From positions 1 to 64,000 of the forward strand of contig NIVC01002722.1 in assembly GCA_002269645.1 (NCBI GenBank): a stretch of 64,000 nucleotides of DNA, written 5' to 3'. This document shows, in pieces, positions 17,150-29,447 of the stretch; the stretch's first letter is position 1; each line of letters opens with the position of its first letter. The position numbers and the translations under genes are program-made. Below the pieces are notes generated by a model. It was not told the DNA's origin. It worked only from the letters and a program-made list of their open reading frames with translations, and did not search any database. This DNA comes from Macrostomum lignano. Taxonomy: Eukaryota.

Positions 17150-20045
17150 TGAAGAGGACAAGGAATAAAGAGGGAGGGAGAGCCGCTGGCTAAGCACGCG
17201 CTCGGAAAAGTTGGGGCGTATAACTAGCTAGCCTAAGGCGGGTTTTGGGCCGCTCGGGCCGCCTCGTTGATGCCAGCTAACCTGTTAGCTTGCCTCCTTT
17301 TTAGGCTGTCCCAGAGAAGGTTCAGCACTGGAGGGCGGTTGCGGGCAGCTCTAGGGAGCTCCGGCTCAATATGGAAATCATGGTGCCTAGCCGCCTTCAC
17401 CTTGGAGAGCCAGCCTACGCCCAGGGCCTGAATCCTATCGGCCAACATGGGCATGGCCCGCCAGCTCATGCAGATAAGCCGCTTGGGTATAACTCATGGC
17501 GGATCCTAGGAGCTCGATTTTGTATTTTTTGGAGCTTGTTGAGGTTGCTTGGCGCAATGATATTTAGAACGGTTTGTCGTGAAAGGTGATCGCCTGACTC
17601 TTGTCAGCATTGATCTTGATCCCCTGCCCCCCACACCAGTTCCAGACTTCGTTGAGGTAGGGTTGCAGGAGCGTATTAAGGCCGGCAAAAGAGTCCGCCG
17701 AGGCCCAGATGGCCATGTCGTAGGCGAATTGGCTACGCTTGACATTTGAATGTTGAGGCCGTGGCATAGTGCTGATAAAAAGCAGGTACAGGAAGGGGCT
17801 TAAAATGCCACCCTGGGGAATGTCCGGCTGCAACTCGTACGGCTGGCTGAGCGCTCCATTTACCTTTACCTGCATTAACCTGTCTGCTAGATAGTCAGAG
17901 CAGATCCTGATGAGGGCGTCCTCGTGAATCGACCTCGTCTCGACCTCGTGAATCCTGTAACGCAGGTAATCGTACCAGACCGAGTCGAACGCGGCTTGGA
18001 CATCAAGGAAAATGGCTAAAAGTCTTTTGAGTTTGGCTTTGCCCACCTGGACGTCTTGGACGAGGCGGACAAGATTGTCATAGGTGGAGTGAACCTTCCT
18101 ATATGCGCACTGATCCGCACCGAGGATACTTTTGCCCTCGAGATGTTTCATCAGCCTCCTCATCAATAGCTTCTCGAAGACCTTGCTGAGGCAGGAGGTA
18201 AGGCTGATGGGCCGGTAGGATCCCGGGGATTCAGGCGGTTTATCTGGCTTGGGAATCATTGTCACCACATGGTCTGGAGGCCACGCGACGATGATCAGCT
18301 TCTCCATGAGGCAGTTCTGAAACTCCTCCCAGTTGGCTTTAGCAAAGTTCCGGGCTTGGATTGACCTGGTTGGATAAGCACAGTAGGGCGTCATGTCGAG
18401 TCACCACAGAGCCAATCATGAAGTTGCTGACCAACCCTGTTGTTGTTGTTGCGAATTTCACCCCAAGGAAGTTATGCCTGGCGTTGAGGTCTCCCATGAT
18501 AAGAGAATATTTGGCCAAAGAAAACCGAGTTAAAATTCCAACATCAAGGTTGTCCGGCGACGGAGACCGATATACCAGAGCAAGTTAGAAGGCAGGGCAA
18601 GTGCCGTCAAGAGGGGTGACCGTGCAGGTAAGAACCTCGTGATTGATGTTGTCGTACTGTTGGACATCAGCTACCTTAACCCGCTGGGGTGTGTACGAGG
18701 AGGAGTCCACACTTTGCACTAGGAAAGTCAAACCGCACTGCAGCATAGCCCGGGAATGAGCAGATTTGGGTATTTTTCAGGATGGTCTCAGAAAACAATG
18801 CAATATCCAACTTTTGACCTGAGACCCAGAGCCTGAGTTCTTTTAGTTTCGGTATTCCGCCTGCAGTTTAGGTGGGCGATCCTAAGGCCTAAGGCAGTGG
18901 AGTTGGAGCTATCTTACTCGCTATCACCGAAGGTACTAATTACTTATTATTCTAGGTCTGGCCACCCGCCTCACGCCGATTGGCGCCGAGCAGCTGACCA
19001 AGGCCTTGGTGACCTTCCGACCCGCCTTCGAGTACGGGCCAGAACCCTACTTACTACGTCCTGTACCGTTTGACGGGTACCCTCGGTAGCAGGCGGCCGT
19101 TCGACTGGGCTAAGCCAGAGGGTTGTAAGCGCCTCGACGAGTGCTTGAAATAGGAGGGGGAGAAGCCCACTCACCAGCCCTTGGAGGTCAACATTAGCGT
19201 TAGCGCTTTGCGGCGTGGAATTGTTTGGCGGAGCAGCCGATTGAGTTGGCGCTTGCGTCTGAGTCTCAGTCGAGTCGCGCGCAGGGCGCTTCCGGCTCGG
19301 GAGGCTTGGGCCGATGAGCCAGGACGAGTCGTCGTCGCCGTCTGTTGCCGTCGTCGCCGTCTGTTGCCGTCGTCGCCCGCGCTGCGGTCTCGCCTGAACC
19401 AGACGCCGTTGCCGCTGCTGGCTTCGGTGCGGGGGCGGATGGCGCCGCTGTTGCCGCTGCTGTCGGAGTCACTGCTGTTGCCACCATAGGTGGTGGAGGT
19501 GGAGCGGATAATGAGCCGCGGACGAGGCTCGGGTCTGGTTCTCGGGAGACGTCGGGTTACTGGTCCTCCGCCGAATTGAGGCTCCTGCAGGGGCCCACGC
19601 AGGAAGAGCTGGTGGTCCTGCGGAGTGGCTGGGAAGGCCAGATACCCGGTCTCGTATTGCGTTTTTTTGGTGAGTGTGGCCCGCGCCGACCCTTGAAAGT
19701 TGGCGGCGAGCCATTGGAGAAAATCTATTTGACTGCTTTTGTTGGCAGTTTTGAAGAAAATTGGCACCACGTTAGTTCTGTTGCCGCTATTGCTATTGTA
19801 TGGCCGTGAGCCCGCACCGATATTTCGGCCGCCGTGCTGGACTTGGGGGCCGTCTGGGGCCGCAAGGCTGGGCGCGCCGGCCGCCCCGCAGCCGCCTGGC
19901 TGTCCGGTCGCTGCAGTCGTCCGAGAGCCCGGCGCAGCCGGGCCAGAGCCCGCCCTGCTACTGCCAGGCCAATTACCGACGTGTGCTGCTGCTGATCGTG
20001 TTGGGCCTCCGCGCCCAGGAGTGCCCAGGAGAGAAGACTCGAAGA
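17150..20045 (-). mobile_element. Degenerate, internally deleted Jockey/I-like LINE (ORF1 remnant, AP endonuclease remnant, RT)
   Basis: RT ORF 17564-18394: IPKPDK..SYRPISLTSCLSKVFEK, IFLDVQAAFDSVW, PQGGILSP, FAYD; endonuclease remnant IMGDLNARH near 18480; ORF1-like frame 19171-19770. Confidence 0.85.
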
Positions 20046-20149
20046 GAAGAAAATTAAATAACTTGCCTGTCTTAGCAAGTTATTTAATTTAAAGAAGAGC
20101 AGGAAAGCTGCTTAGCAATTCAGGTAGTAAATATGTATGGTGTAGCACA

Positions 20150-21390
20150 GAAATTGTCACCTTTAGAAATAAGTTTTTTACTGTATGCCAGTAATACTCG
20201 TATATTGAAATGGCTCTATGCGAGGCATACAGGGACAGTCAATGCTGGAATCGAGGAATTTTGCTTAGGGTGTCTTTTAGATGGTGAGCGATCTTACTAC
20301 CGATTCCAGCTCCTAAGCCCCAGGATTCCAAGGGAAGATATAGATAACGCCATCTTAATTTTTTTCTCCTAGAATGGGTTTGATGCAATGGGGGATCGGG
20401 AAGTGCAGGCCCTAGAGCTCTCTTGTGGTGTACGAGAAGTTTATGCCAGCTGTGATTTTGTCCAAATCCTGCTCACCCTCCTCTCTGACTCTCCTTTTGC
20501 TCCGCCTCACCCTCCTCTCTGACTCTCCGATGGATCCGCCTCACCATCCGTACATCCTACGGGGACAATTATTTAAAGGTATTGTTACTGCTATGATTAT
20601 TTGGTTAAACTCGGTGATCTTCCACTACTCTGATCCTCGACTTCGATTTCATGCGCGACAGGCGCACTCATTATTCACAGTTGATACAATTCATAAGTAA
20701 ATAATTAAGTGATTGAACAGGCAGAAGCAAACGAGATAAAAATAATAGCTAATGGCCTAAATAATTAGCCCTGAAACTTGGCCTTGACCGCTCACTTACA
20801 TGAAATTATTAAAACAGAATTATGCATGATGTAAATATGTTAAGATTGGAAAAATTAGGAAATGATGAGCAATATGGGGAGGGAGACAGGGGTTGATTAT
20901 ACCCAACGGATTATACACATCAGAGAGCTAGAGAAATACCTTACAGAACACGGCCAATGGGCAGGGCTGCAATTGTGGCGCGGTGGTCGTCGGAAAGTCA
21001 GGGCGTCGGCTGCAGTCACGGATGATCGACAATCCAAACGAGACACGACCGGGAGGTTTAAAGTCAATTGGGAAGTTACAGCTTCCAATGGGTGAGAAAA
21101 GAAACGGTAGAGGAAGGGGCCATGCAGAGCGGACTCGTAAGTTCAGTGAGTAAACGCGGGAGGGGATCAAAAGCGACCGGAGCGTGGAACGCCGGCCCCC
21201 GGACAGGGCCGGATCGACCGTTGCCGCTCAGGGCTCAAATCGATCTCTTTATGGCCCTGGGATCACGCGTCACGTGATCATGTGAGCGTGATGCGTGATA
21301 TTAAAGGCAGTGTCACTTAAATCCTTGACCTCCGTTACCATAATTGCAACCCTGATGACGTCACCCGTCAGCCGCGCTGTGATTGTTCAT
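20150..21390. repeat. Unclassified interspersed repeat, block B (second copy 62860-63550)
   Basis: Shared segments gccccaggattccaa, atagataacgccatcttaattttt, tgcagg.cctagagctc, gatcacgcgtcacg, tccttgacctccgttacc, ccctgatgacgtcacccgtcag. Confidence 0.75.
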
Positions 21391-22098
21391 AATAAGAAAC
21401 TGCCAAATGCATACAGTTTAATGATCGATTTCAAACAAAATTGAATTAAGGTGGGGTCGTCGGTGCGCGAGGGAGTGGGGTGGGCGATAAGCATGATTCG
21501 TCACAGGGAAAGAAAGGAGGGTGCGCAAAAATTAGTGGAGGAGCCCAGGGACGTGCCTACATCGAATGCATGATCATATTGCTCAACAATCAATTGGAGG
21601 CCAAGATCAAATAGACTTCAAAACATTACTATACGTATGTAAATAGAATATTTCTTATATTAGATTCACTATTCAATCGTTAAGAAAATAATATGATACA
21701 TATTATCATTAGTAAATTATTTTACTTATTTTAATTTCATCAAAACAAGGGTCAAAAGAGTAAGTAATTTTTGTTAAATCGTAAAGTGCAATTGGCTGAT
21801 ATCAGCTCAATTTTTTTCGTAGAAATATCTCAAAAGGTTTAGTGGCCAGTGCAGTAATTGTTTTGTAATATTGCTGTGGTTCATTCTGGAAGGCTGGAAG
21901 CCAACGCTGTAATAAAATTTTAATGCTCTGATTTTGCAGTCCCGAGTAAATCAGACATATTGAATATATTGACTATTGTATTAGCCTAGTGATTTACAGC
22001 ATCAAAGATTCAAAGGTGACAAAGCACTGCAGGTTTGGAATTAGGTGTATTATATTCTAAACATAAAGTAAATACCGTTGTCGATTGTTTACTCCAAA

Positions 22099-25000
22099 AT
22101 GTCAAACCAGTCTAGTAAAAAAGAAATTCCTAACACTATCAAGTTTCTCTTTGGAGGCTCTGCAGGGTAAGTAAGCCTAAATAATTAATTTGAGGGCCTT
22201 AGCTTTTGGCTTAGCCTGAGCCCTGAGGCCAAAGGTATCAAACTCATTTTCATTTCATGTTGTTTTTTTATTTTTTTTTGCAATTTTACTGAAACACAGT
22301 TAAAAACAATTGATCAACTTGGATAGGCCTAGCATTCTCTATTTTATTTATAAAACTTGTAAAAGAATCATGGCAGTAAATCATATATGTATATAGCTGG
22401 CTCTATTCAAAAGTATAAAGTTTCTTTGCTAGTTTGCCTTCCATATTGTGGATTGTGTTATATGTATGCCGGAAAGTATCTGGCTATATAGTAAAGTGTA
22501 TGCCAACAAAGTACACAAATTAAGGGTTCTAGTAAATTGTATGCCAATAAAAATGCATGATTAACAAGCACAAAAACTATGAAAGAAGCATGCCAAGGCG
22601 CACATCAAAAAATTACTATAAAAAAGTAAAATTGAAAATGTACATCATTTAAAAAACAAAATAATTAGTAAAACAAAGTTTTTACATTTACTACTAGTTA
22701 AGGTACATTTTTTAAAAAGAACTTTAATATATTGTTTGAATATTCAATTTATTGTCATAACTTAGCGAAGTAACTTTATTGACTATTTAGCATAATTTAC
22801 GTAATGGTGTCGTACATCAATGCTTTTGTATGCTGCGTTGAAAGCTTGAACAAGTATAGTTAAAAATTGTAAGCAGATAATTATGCTTGGAGGTTGTATT
22901 TCCTCCGGTTACGATAGATGTACGCCAGCCAAAGAATTTGTATGCCAGATGTAAGCCACTTAAAGCGTTTGTACGCCAGATGTACGCCAGCTAAAGCATT
23001 TGTACGCTGGAATTTTCCGGTGTATACTACACCTTCCGCAATATGGTTTGCCTTGAGTTATTTTAGTGCTATAATGTATATTTGCAACTAAGGTCCAATT
23101 TTAAGATGCAATTTAGAAAGTCAAGATTTTTAATAGTATCCTTAATAGTAATATACATAGAAAAACTTGTACTTGTAGGCCTACAGGTTTTTTTGCTAGC
23201 GTTAGGATTCAAAATCAAATTCAGGTCTAATCTAAGGACAATAGCATTTTAAAGTCAAAATGCTATTGTATTGTATCCCTATCTCAAAAAGTGAATACAA
23301 TCCATTTCAATAATAGCCATTTTGGTAACTACCACTTCAATAACATAATGATGACTTTAGTCAAAAATCAGATTTACATTTGTCAACGCTATATCTTTAT
23401 GGCAATTGACTTTAGCCACTATTAGTTTATTAATTAATATGTCAAATATTGTATTGCTATATATAGTTTAATTTTCTAGTTAAACAATATTATAATTTAT
23501 TTAAATGTATATATTAACTTTATAAAAAATATAAATCCTAGAAAAGAAATTGTATATTGTCATTAATTTTTGCAAACTTAAGCGTCCCTTTTCTGGGCGT
23601 CAATGTGGCAATTCGTGCCTTCAATTGTCTATGGTATTTTCTATTTCAGTAATAGAGCAAAATAGAACAACAGTATGAAACAAAGGCCAACAAATAAGAG
23701 TAGAAGTTTATGCACTTATAAGCATGCAAAGAGAGACGATCAGTTAGTTAAATTAAATTAGTCTTTTAGGCCATAGAAATCGAACGTACAATTTCAAAAT
23801 GTTCTAGAGAAATTCACACTGACCGATAGAGCTGGCACAGCCTGCTTAACTTGTCCTTCAGCAAGACAATCTTTGCACGTAGCTGCTGCTTCCTTTATCG
23901 ACACCACACCAGTAGGGCCCACACGTTTAATGCACACAGTCGATGCGCTGGCATCAACGCTCAGCGTCTCTGACATCGCTTGAAAGTTAGCGTCTCCTCA
24001 TTTGAGAGTATCGTTCAACACTCTCCGGATTCTTGTGACCGGTGCTGCTAGCAATCGCTGCATTAAAAAATCTGTGCTCTTTCAAAACTGTGACATGCGT
24101 TACACAAATGCAATGATTCGTATAGTGTTTAGAGAGACCAAGATTTATTGACAGTTGACTCATGAGTTGATCAATCGTGTTCTTGCCCAGTATATGGGAG
24201 ACATAGTACCATTGCTAGCAAACTTTGGCTAGCAGATTTCGGCTAGCACATTTCGTCTAGCAAACTTTGGTTAGCAGATTTCGGCTAGCACATTTCAGCT
24301 AGCAAACTTTGGCTAGCAGATTTCGGCTAGCACATTTTGGCTAGCAAACTTCGGCTAGCAGATTTTGGCTAGCACATTTCAGCTAGCAAACTTTGGCTAG
24401 CAGATTTCGGCTAGCACATTTTGGCTAGCAAACTTCGGCTAGCAGATTTTGGCTAGCACATTTCAGCTAGCAAACTTTGGCTAGCAGATTTCGGCTAGCA
24501 CATTTTGGCTAGCAAACTTTGGCTAGCAGATTTCGGCTAGCACATTTCGTCTAGCAAACTTTGGTTAGCAGATTTCGGCTAGCACATTTCAGCTAGCAAA
24601 CTTTGGCTAGCAGATTTCGGCTAGCACATTTTGGCTAGCAAACTTCGGCTAGCAGATTTTGGCTAGCACATTTCGGCTAGCAGATTTCAGCAAGCAAATT
24701 TCTCGCTAGCAAACTTCGGCTAGCAGATTTCCTGCTAGCAAATTTCATAGACCCATATGGTGTATTATAATGTTAGTATAGTGTAGTATAGTGCTCTAGC
24801 ATAGCATGGTTAGTATAAGGATCTTGCATATTCATGCTATACATTGCCATAAGGTCAAGTGTCTTCAATGATTGTACTTTTATTATTGCCATAGTATCAC
24901 TTATTGCCAATAAAAGTTAAAGTAGTGAGAATAAGACACCCAAATACCTCTGATGTTGCAGCTTTAGATATGGCTTTGACAAGACCACAAAATGATCATG

Positions 25001-27831
25001 ATGGTTGCAAAGGTCTGTAATAGCCAATTTTGATATCTATTTGATACAATCAATTTGAATGAAAGTGCTAATGAAGTCATCAATTTAGCCCATAAGTGGA
25101 TTCAGGATTTATATATTCATAACTTTTACTATTGCAAAGTTAATTATGCAACTCAATTATATATTTGCTTTGCTTTTCTTGTGCCATATTAGGCTTTAAC
25201 CATTGACAGAAACAAAGTGAAATTGCTTCATAAAAATCAATAAGGTGCAGCCATTCACAATAAAAATTACATAGGTCCTTTTCTATATCAAGGTGATATA
25301 GATGTGCTCCAGATGCAAGTCAATGATTCTACAGCATTTCTACCATGACTCAGATAAAACTAGATAAAACTAGAAAGATTTAATACTTTCTAGACACTTC
25401 AAGGTTTAGTATAACTCTTTTACAAGAATATATCCTGTAAAAGAGATTGGCATACTCAAAAGTCACTCAAAAACCATTTATGAATTATGATCAATAGTAC
25501 TGTATGAGCATAGTTGAGACAGCAGGGTCCATAGTTTACCATAGAATGAGTAAGTTACATGAAATTAATTAGCTATGCTTACATATTCGGATATGGAAAA
25601 TTTTCGGTTACAGTGAACATACGTGCGAAACAGTCGGCCGACCGATTTGGCGGCAAACCAAGGAAGTCGCAAAAATGCCCACCCGAAAAAATAACGTAGT
25701 AGTACTAAGTAGCTGACGAGGCATTTTGGCTTAATAAGACAGTTAAAGTTGCTCCAGCCGTTTACCCAAATTTGCTTTAGGGTTTTTTTACATCTAAGTC
25801 GCATTTTTGGCCAAAAACTACGTCGCATTTTTTTTAAAACTAAGTCGCATGAATGACATTGAAGATCGATGCAAAGAAAAGTTTGTTTATTGCATTAAAA
25901 ATTTGTAGAATGGCGGCTACCCTGTTTGTTCAACCGTTGGATCTGGTGAAGAATCGAATGCAGCTCAGTGGTATGGGCGGCTCGCAGCGCCTCTATAACA
26001 GCTCTTTTCACGCTCTGACATCTATACTTCGAGCCGAGGGTATCACCGGGTGTACTCCGGTCTGTCAGCTGGCCTGATGCGTCAGGCCACCTACACCACA
26101 ACTAGACTTGGCGTCTATACTGCTCTATTCGATGCAGTTAGTGCTAGGAATGATAATAAGCCACCATCCTTTGTTGTCAAGGCAACTATTGGGTTAACAG
26201 CCGGAGCAATTGGAGCTTTTGTTGGCACCCCGGCTGAGGTGGCTCTGATCCGCATGACTGCCGATGGCAGACTGCCAGCTGATCAGAGACGCGGCTACAG
26301 CAGCGTGTTTAACGCTTTGGCTAGGATTGTACGCGAAGAAGGCTTAGTGACCCTCTGGCGCGGCTGCGTGCCCACAGTTGCCAGGGCAATGGTGGTTAAT
26401 GCTGCCCAGCTGGCCACCTATTCTCAGGCTAAGCAAACTATCATTAGCTCGGGTATTATTAGTGTGAGTTGCCTCTAGCCTGCTGTAGATTTGCGATGCT
26501 GGTTGTGACTTCCATTGTGACTTCCCCATTGTGACCCTCCCACTGTGACTTCCATTGTGACTCTCTCAGTGTGACTCTCCCATTGTGACCCTCCCACTTT
26601 GATTCTCCCACTGTGACTCTCCCACAGTGGTTCTTCCATTGTGACTCTTTCACTGTGACCCCCCCCACTGTGACTACTCACATTGTGACCCTCCCACTGT
26701 GACTTCCATTGTGACTCTTTCACTGTGACTCCCCCACTGTGACTACTCACATTGTGACCCTCCCACTGTGACTTCCATTGTGACTCTCTCATTGTGACCC
26801 CCCCACTGTGACTACTCACATTGTGACCCTCCCACTGTGACTTCCATTGTGACTCTCTCATTGTGACTCACATTGTGACTCTCCCACTGTGACTTCCCCA
26901 TTGTGATTCCTCCATTGTGACTTCCCTTCTGTGACTGTCTCATTGTGACTCCTATTGTGACTCTTCAGTCTTCCATTGTGACTCTCTCACTGTAAACCTC
27001 GCTCTGTGTTTCTCCCATTGTGACTATCATTGTGACTCTCACATTGTGACTCCCACATTGAGACTGTGACTGTCCCATTGTGACTCTTCCATTGTGACTC
27101 TCTCACTGTGGCTCCTATTGTGACTTTCATTGTGACTCTCCCACTGTGACTCTCATATTGTAACTTATCCATTGTGACTCTCACTGTGACCCTCGCTCTG
27201 TGACTCTCCCACTGTGACTCTCCCATTGTAACACCCAGAATCCCATTGTGACTCTCACTTCTATCTTAGTCATTAGTATGGTATATAGTAATATATTACT
27301 ATACTATACAGTATGCGAACTCAAACCGCCCACTAAAACCCACGACAGGACGGCCTTCTGTGCCATTTCGGTGCCAGCATGATCAGCGGCCTGGTCACCA
27401 CAGCGGCTTCAATGCCAGTTGACATCGTGAAGACTCGCATTCAAAATATGAAAATGATTGACGGAAAGCCGGAGTTCAATGGTATCACGGTGAGTGCTCA
27501 CCAAGTGGCAGCTGCCATTCTGACGTTTAAAACTTTAAAATTCTTGGCATACTCTTTTACACTACTAAACTTATCAGTAGCGTGATTTAGTTTAAACGGA
27601 TTTTTTTAAATGTTATTCTAATTGAATCGTTAATTTTATCCTCTCTTACAGGACGTTCTAGCGAAGGTGATCAGGCAGGAAGGCGTGCTGAGCCTGTGGA
27701 AAGGTTTCACTCCCTATTATTTTCGATTGGGCCCGCACACTGTGCTCACCTTCATCTTCTTGGAGCAGATGAATCGATTATATCGTGTCTACGTGCTGAA
27801 AGACAGCTCTACTGGATCCTCGTCTCTGTAG
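22099..27831 (+). CDS. SLC25A11: Mitochondrial 2-oxoglutarate/malate carrier; exons 22099-22166, 25909-26463, 27349-27489, 27652-27831
   Basis: IKFLFGGSAG, QPLDLVKNRMQLSG, GTPAEVALIRMTADGRLP, SMPVDIVKTRIQNM, LWKGFTPYYFRLGPHTVLTFIFLEQ; all GT-AG and in phase; one 1-nt deletion in a G-run near 26050. Confidence 0.93.
24220..24745 (+). repeat. 14-bp tandem array built on GCTAGC palindromes
   Basis: Units gctagcaaactttg / gctagcagatttcg / gctagcacattttg cycling; in intron 1 of the carrier gene. Confidence 0.9.
26505..27260 (+). repeat. Degenerate (c/at)TGTGAC minisatellite
   Basis: Dozens of tgtgac cores spaced by short C/T-rich linkers; intron 2 of the carrier gene. Confidence 0.85.
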
Positions 27832-29079
27832 GATTTGTGTTGTTTTATTTTTCTTGAAGTTGATTTTTTTAAAAACGGCACCGGGTCAATAAAGTTATTT
27901 TCGATACATATCGGGCTTGGACGCCAATGGAAATTATATTTATGAGTCAGGACCTGCAGCTGCTCCAAAATTAAACGAAAACTGTGTTCAATAAATTTAG
28001 TATTTTTAATAACTTAGCCATATTTTAGAAGTAGCATATTTTTCATAGTAAATAGCTTTAATCTGTCTAATGTAATTAATTATTCTATTTTTGACTATAG
28101 TTTCAATTTGTTTATTCTCTGACCCTTGCAAATGCTTTTTAATAAACTATATAAATGCTGCATGAGTATTTTTAAGTGCCGACCACTGCTGTTTATTGTG
28201 TATTTTTTTCAACTGCTTGATTTGACAGAAATGATCGATTTCAATATTAAGACTCAACCCTGTTTTATCCTTACTATCATGATAAACAAATAAATATATT
28301 GTATTGATGACAATTTACTTAAAAGCATAACAGAATTGCAAGTTTATTGGAAGAGAAAAGACACACACATACTGGTTAAAAGGTTAGCTTTTTATTTTAC
28401 TTTGTTTAAAAACGCATTGTAGTTTAAGACATTGTTGTTAATCTCAGTAGTAAGTTTGATAGTTTATTTAGTAATTATTCTATTTTTTGGCAATAAAAAT
28501 GTACAAATTCAGTTATTGATAGTCTCGCTTTTGAATTGGTGCGCTTCTTACAATATTAACTATAACAAATATTGTGTCTGAAAATTTGTTTTAATGGTAT
28601 TATGTACATACTGTAAGCGCATTACGCAAAATACAATATTATATAATATTTAGCCGCAATTTTAACAAAACTGGAGGATTGAACGGCTACATGAAATTAT
28701 GAGCAACATCAAAACCAACCATTAAATTAGTATCAATCATTGCGTTAATGATTCGTTCATGCCGTCCTGTTAACAATTAAAAAGTTACAATCATATTTTC
28801 ATCCTAATTCGCACCCATAATGAAGAGTCAATCCCCAAGGAACAGAGTGCACCACATGCCTGATGAGTTAGATAGTCGGGGCCAATAACACCCTGTGTGA
28901 GCGCGTGTCTGTATGAGTGCGTGCCAGCGTACACAGTATTGGCTTAGCTTGTACATGTATATTCTCAGGAGTCGGCGGTATGGGCAGAATTGACGTCAGC
29001 GCTGATGGCGGTAGGATGTCGCGAGTGCCCATTTACAGCCTGCTTGCAAATATTAATTATAATCCACCCAACCCTTAAC

Positions 29080-29410
29080 CAGGGGTCGGCAAACTTTTAC
29101 CTTGATCGAGGGCCAAATACAGACCACTCAGGGTCTTTTGAAACTTCTTCACAATAGCAATCCGGCCCGCTCAATGTTTGTCTCTTCTCTCTAATCTCAA
29201 CTTTACTCTCTCTCTCCTCTCCCTTCTACTCTCTCCTTTTCTCTCCTCGTCTCCTCTCGTCTCTCCTCATTTATCTCCCCTTTTATCTCCTGCGGGAGAC
29301 GAGAGGAGAGAAGAGTAGAGATGAAATAAGAGAGGAAAGAAAATTGAGCGGGCTGCTACTGTGGATGGTATCAATTAGGACCCGAGGGGCCGGAGTTTGC
29401 GGACCCCTTG
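29080..29410. mobile_element. hAT (Charlie-like) MITE
   Basis: Termini caggggtcggcaaact ... agtttgcggaccccttg, internal ggcccgc/gcgggc motifs; TSD not cleanly resolved. Confidence 0.6.
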
Positions 29411-29447
29411 ACCGTCTTTGACCAGATGCTTGTATTAGATGACAATT

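Noticed and set aside
21345-21365. CTGATGA as a second hammerhead core (also near 63508)
   Set aside because: No stem II followed by GAAA; better explained by the TGACGTCA CRE palindrome.
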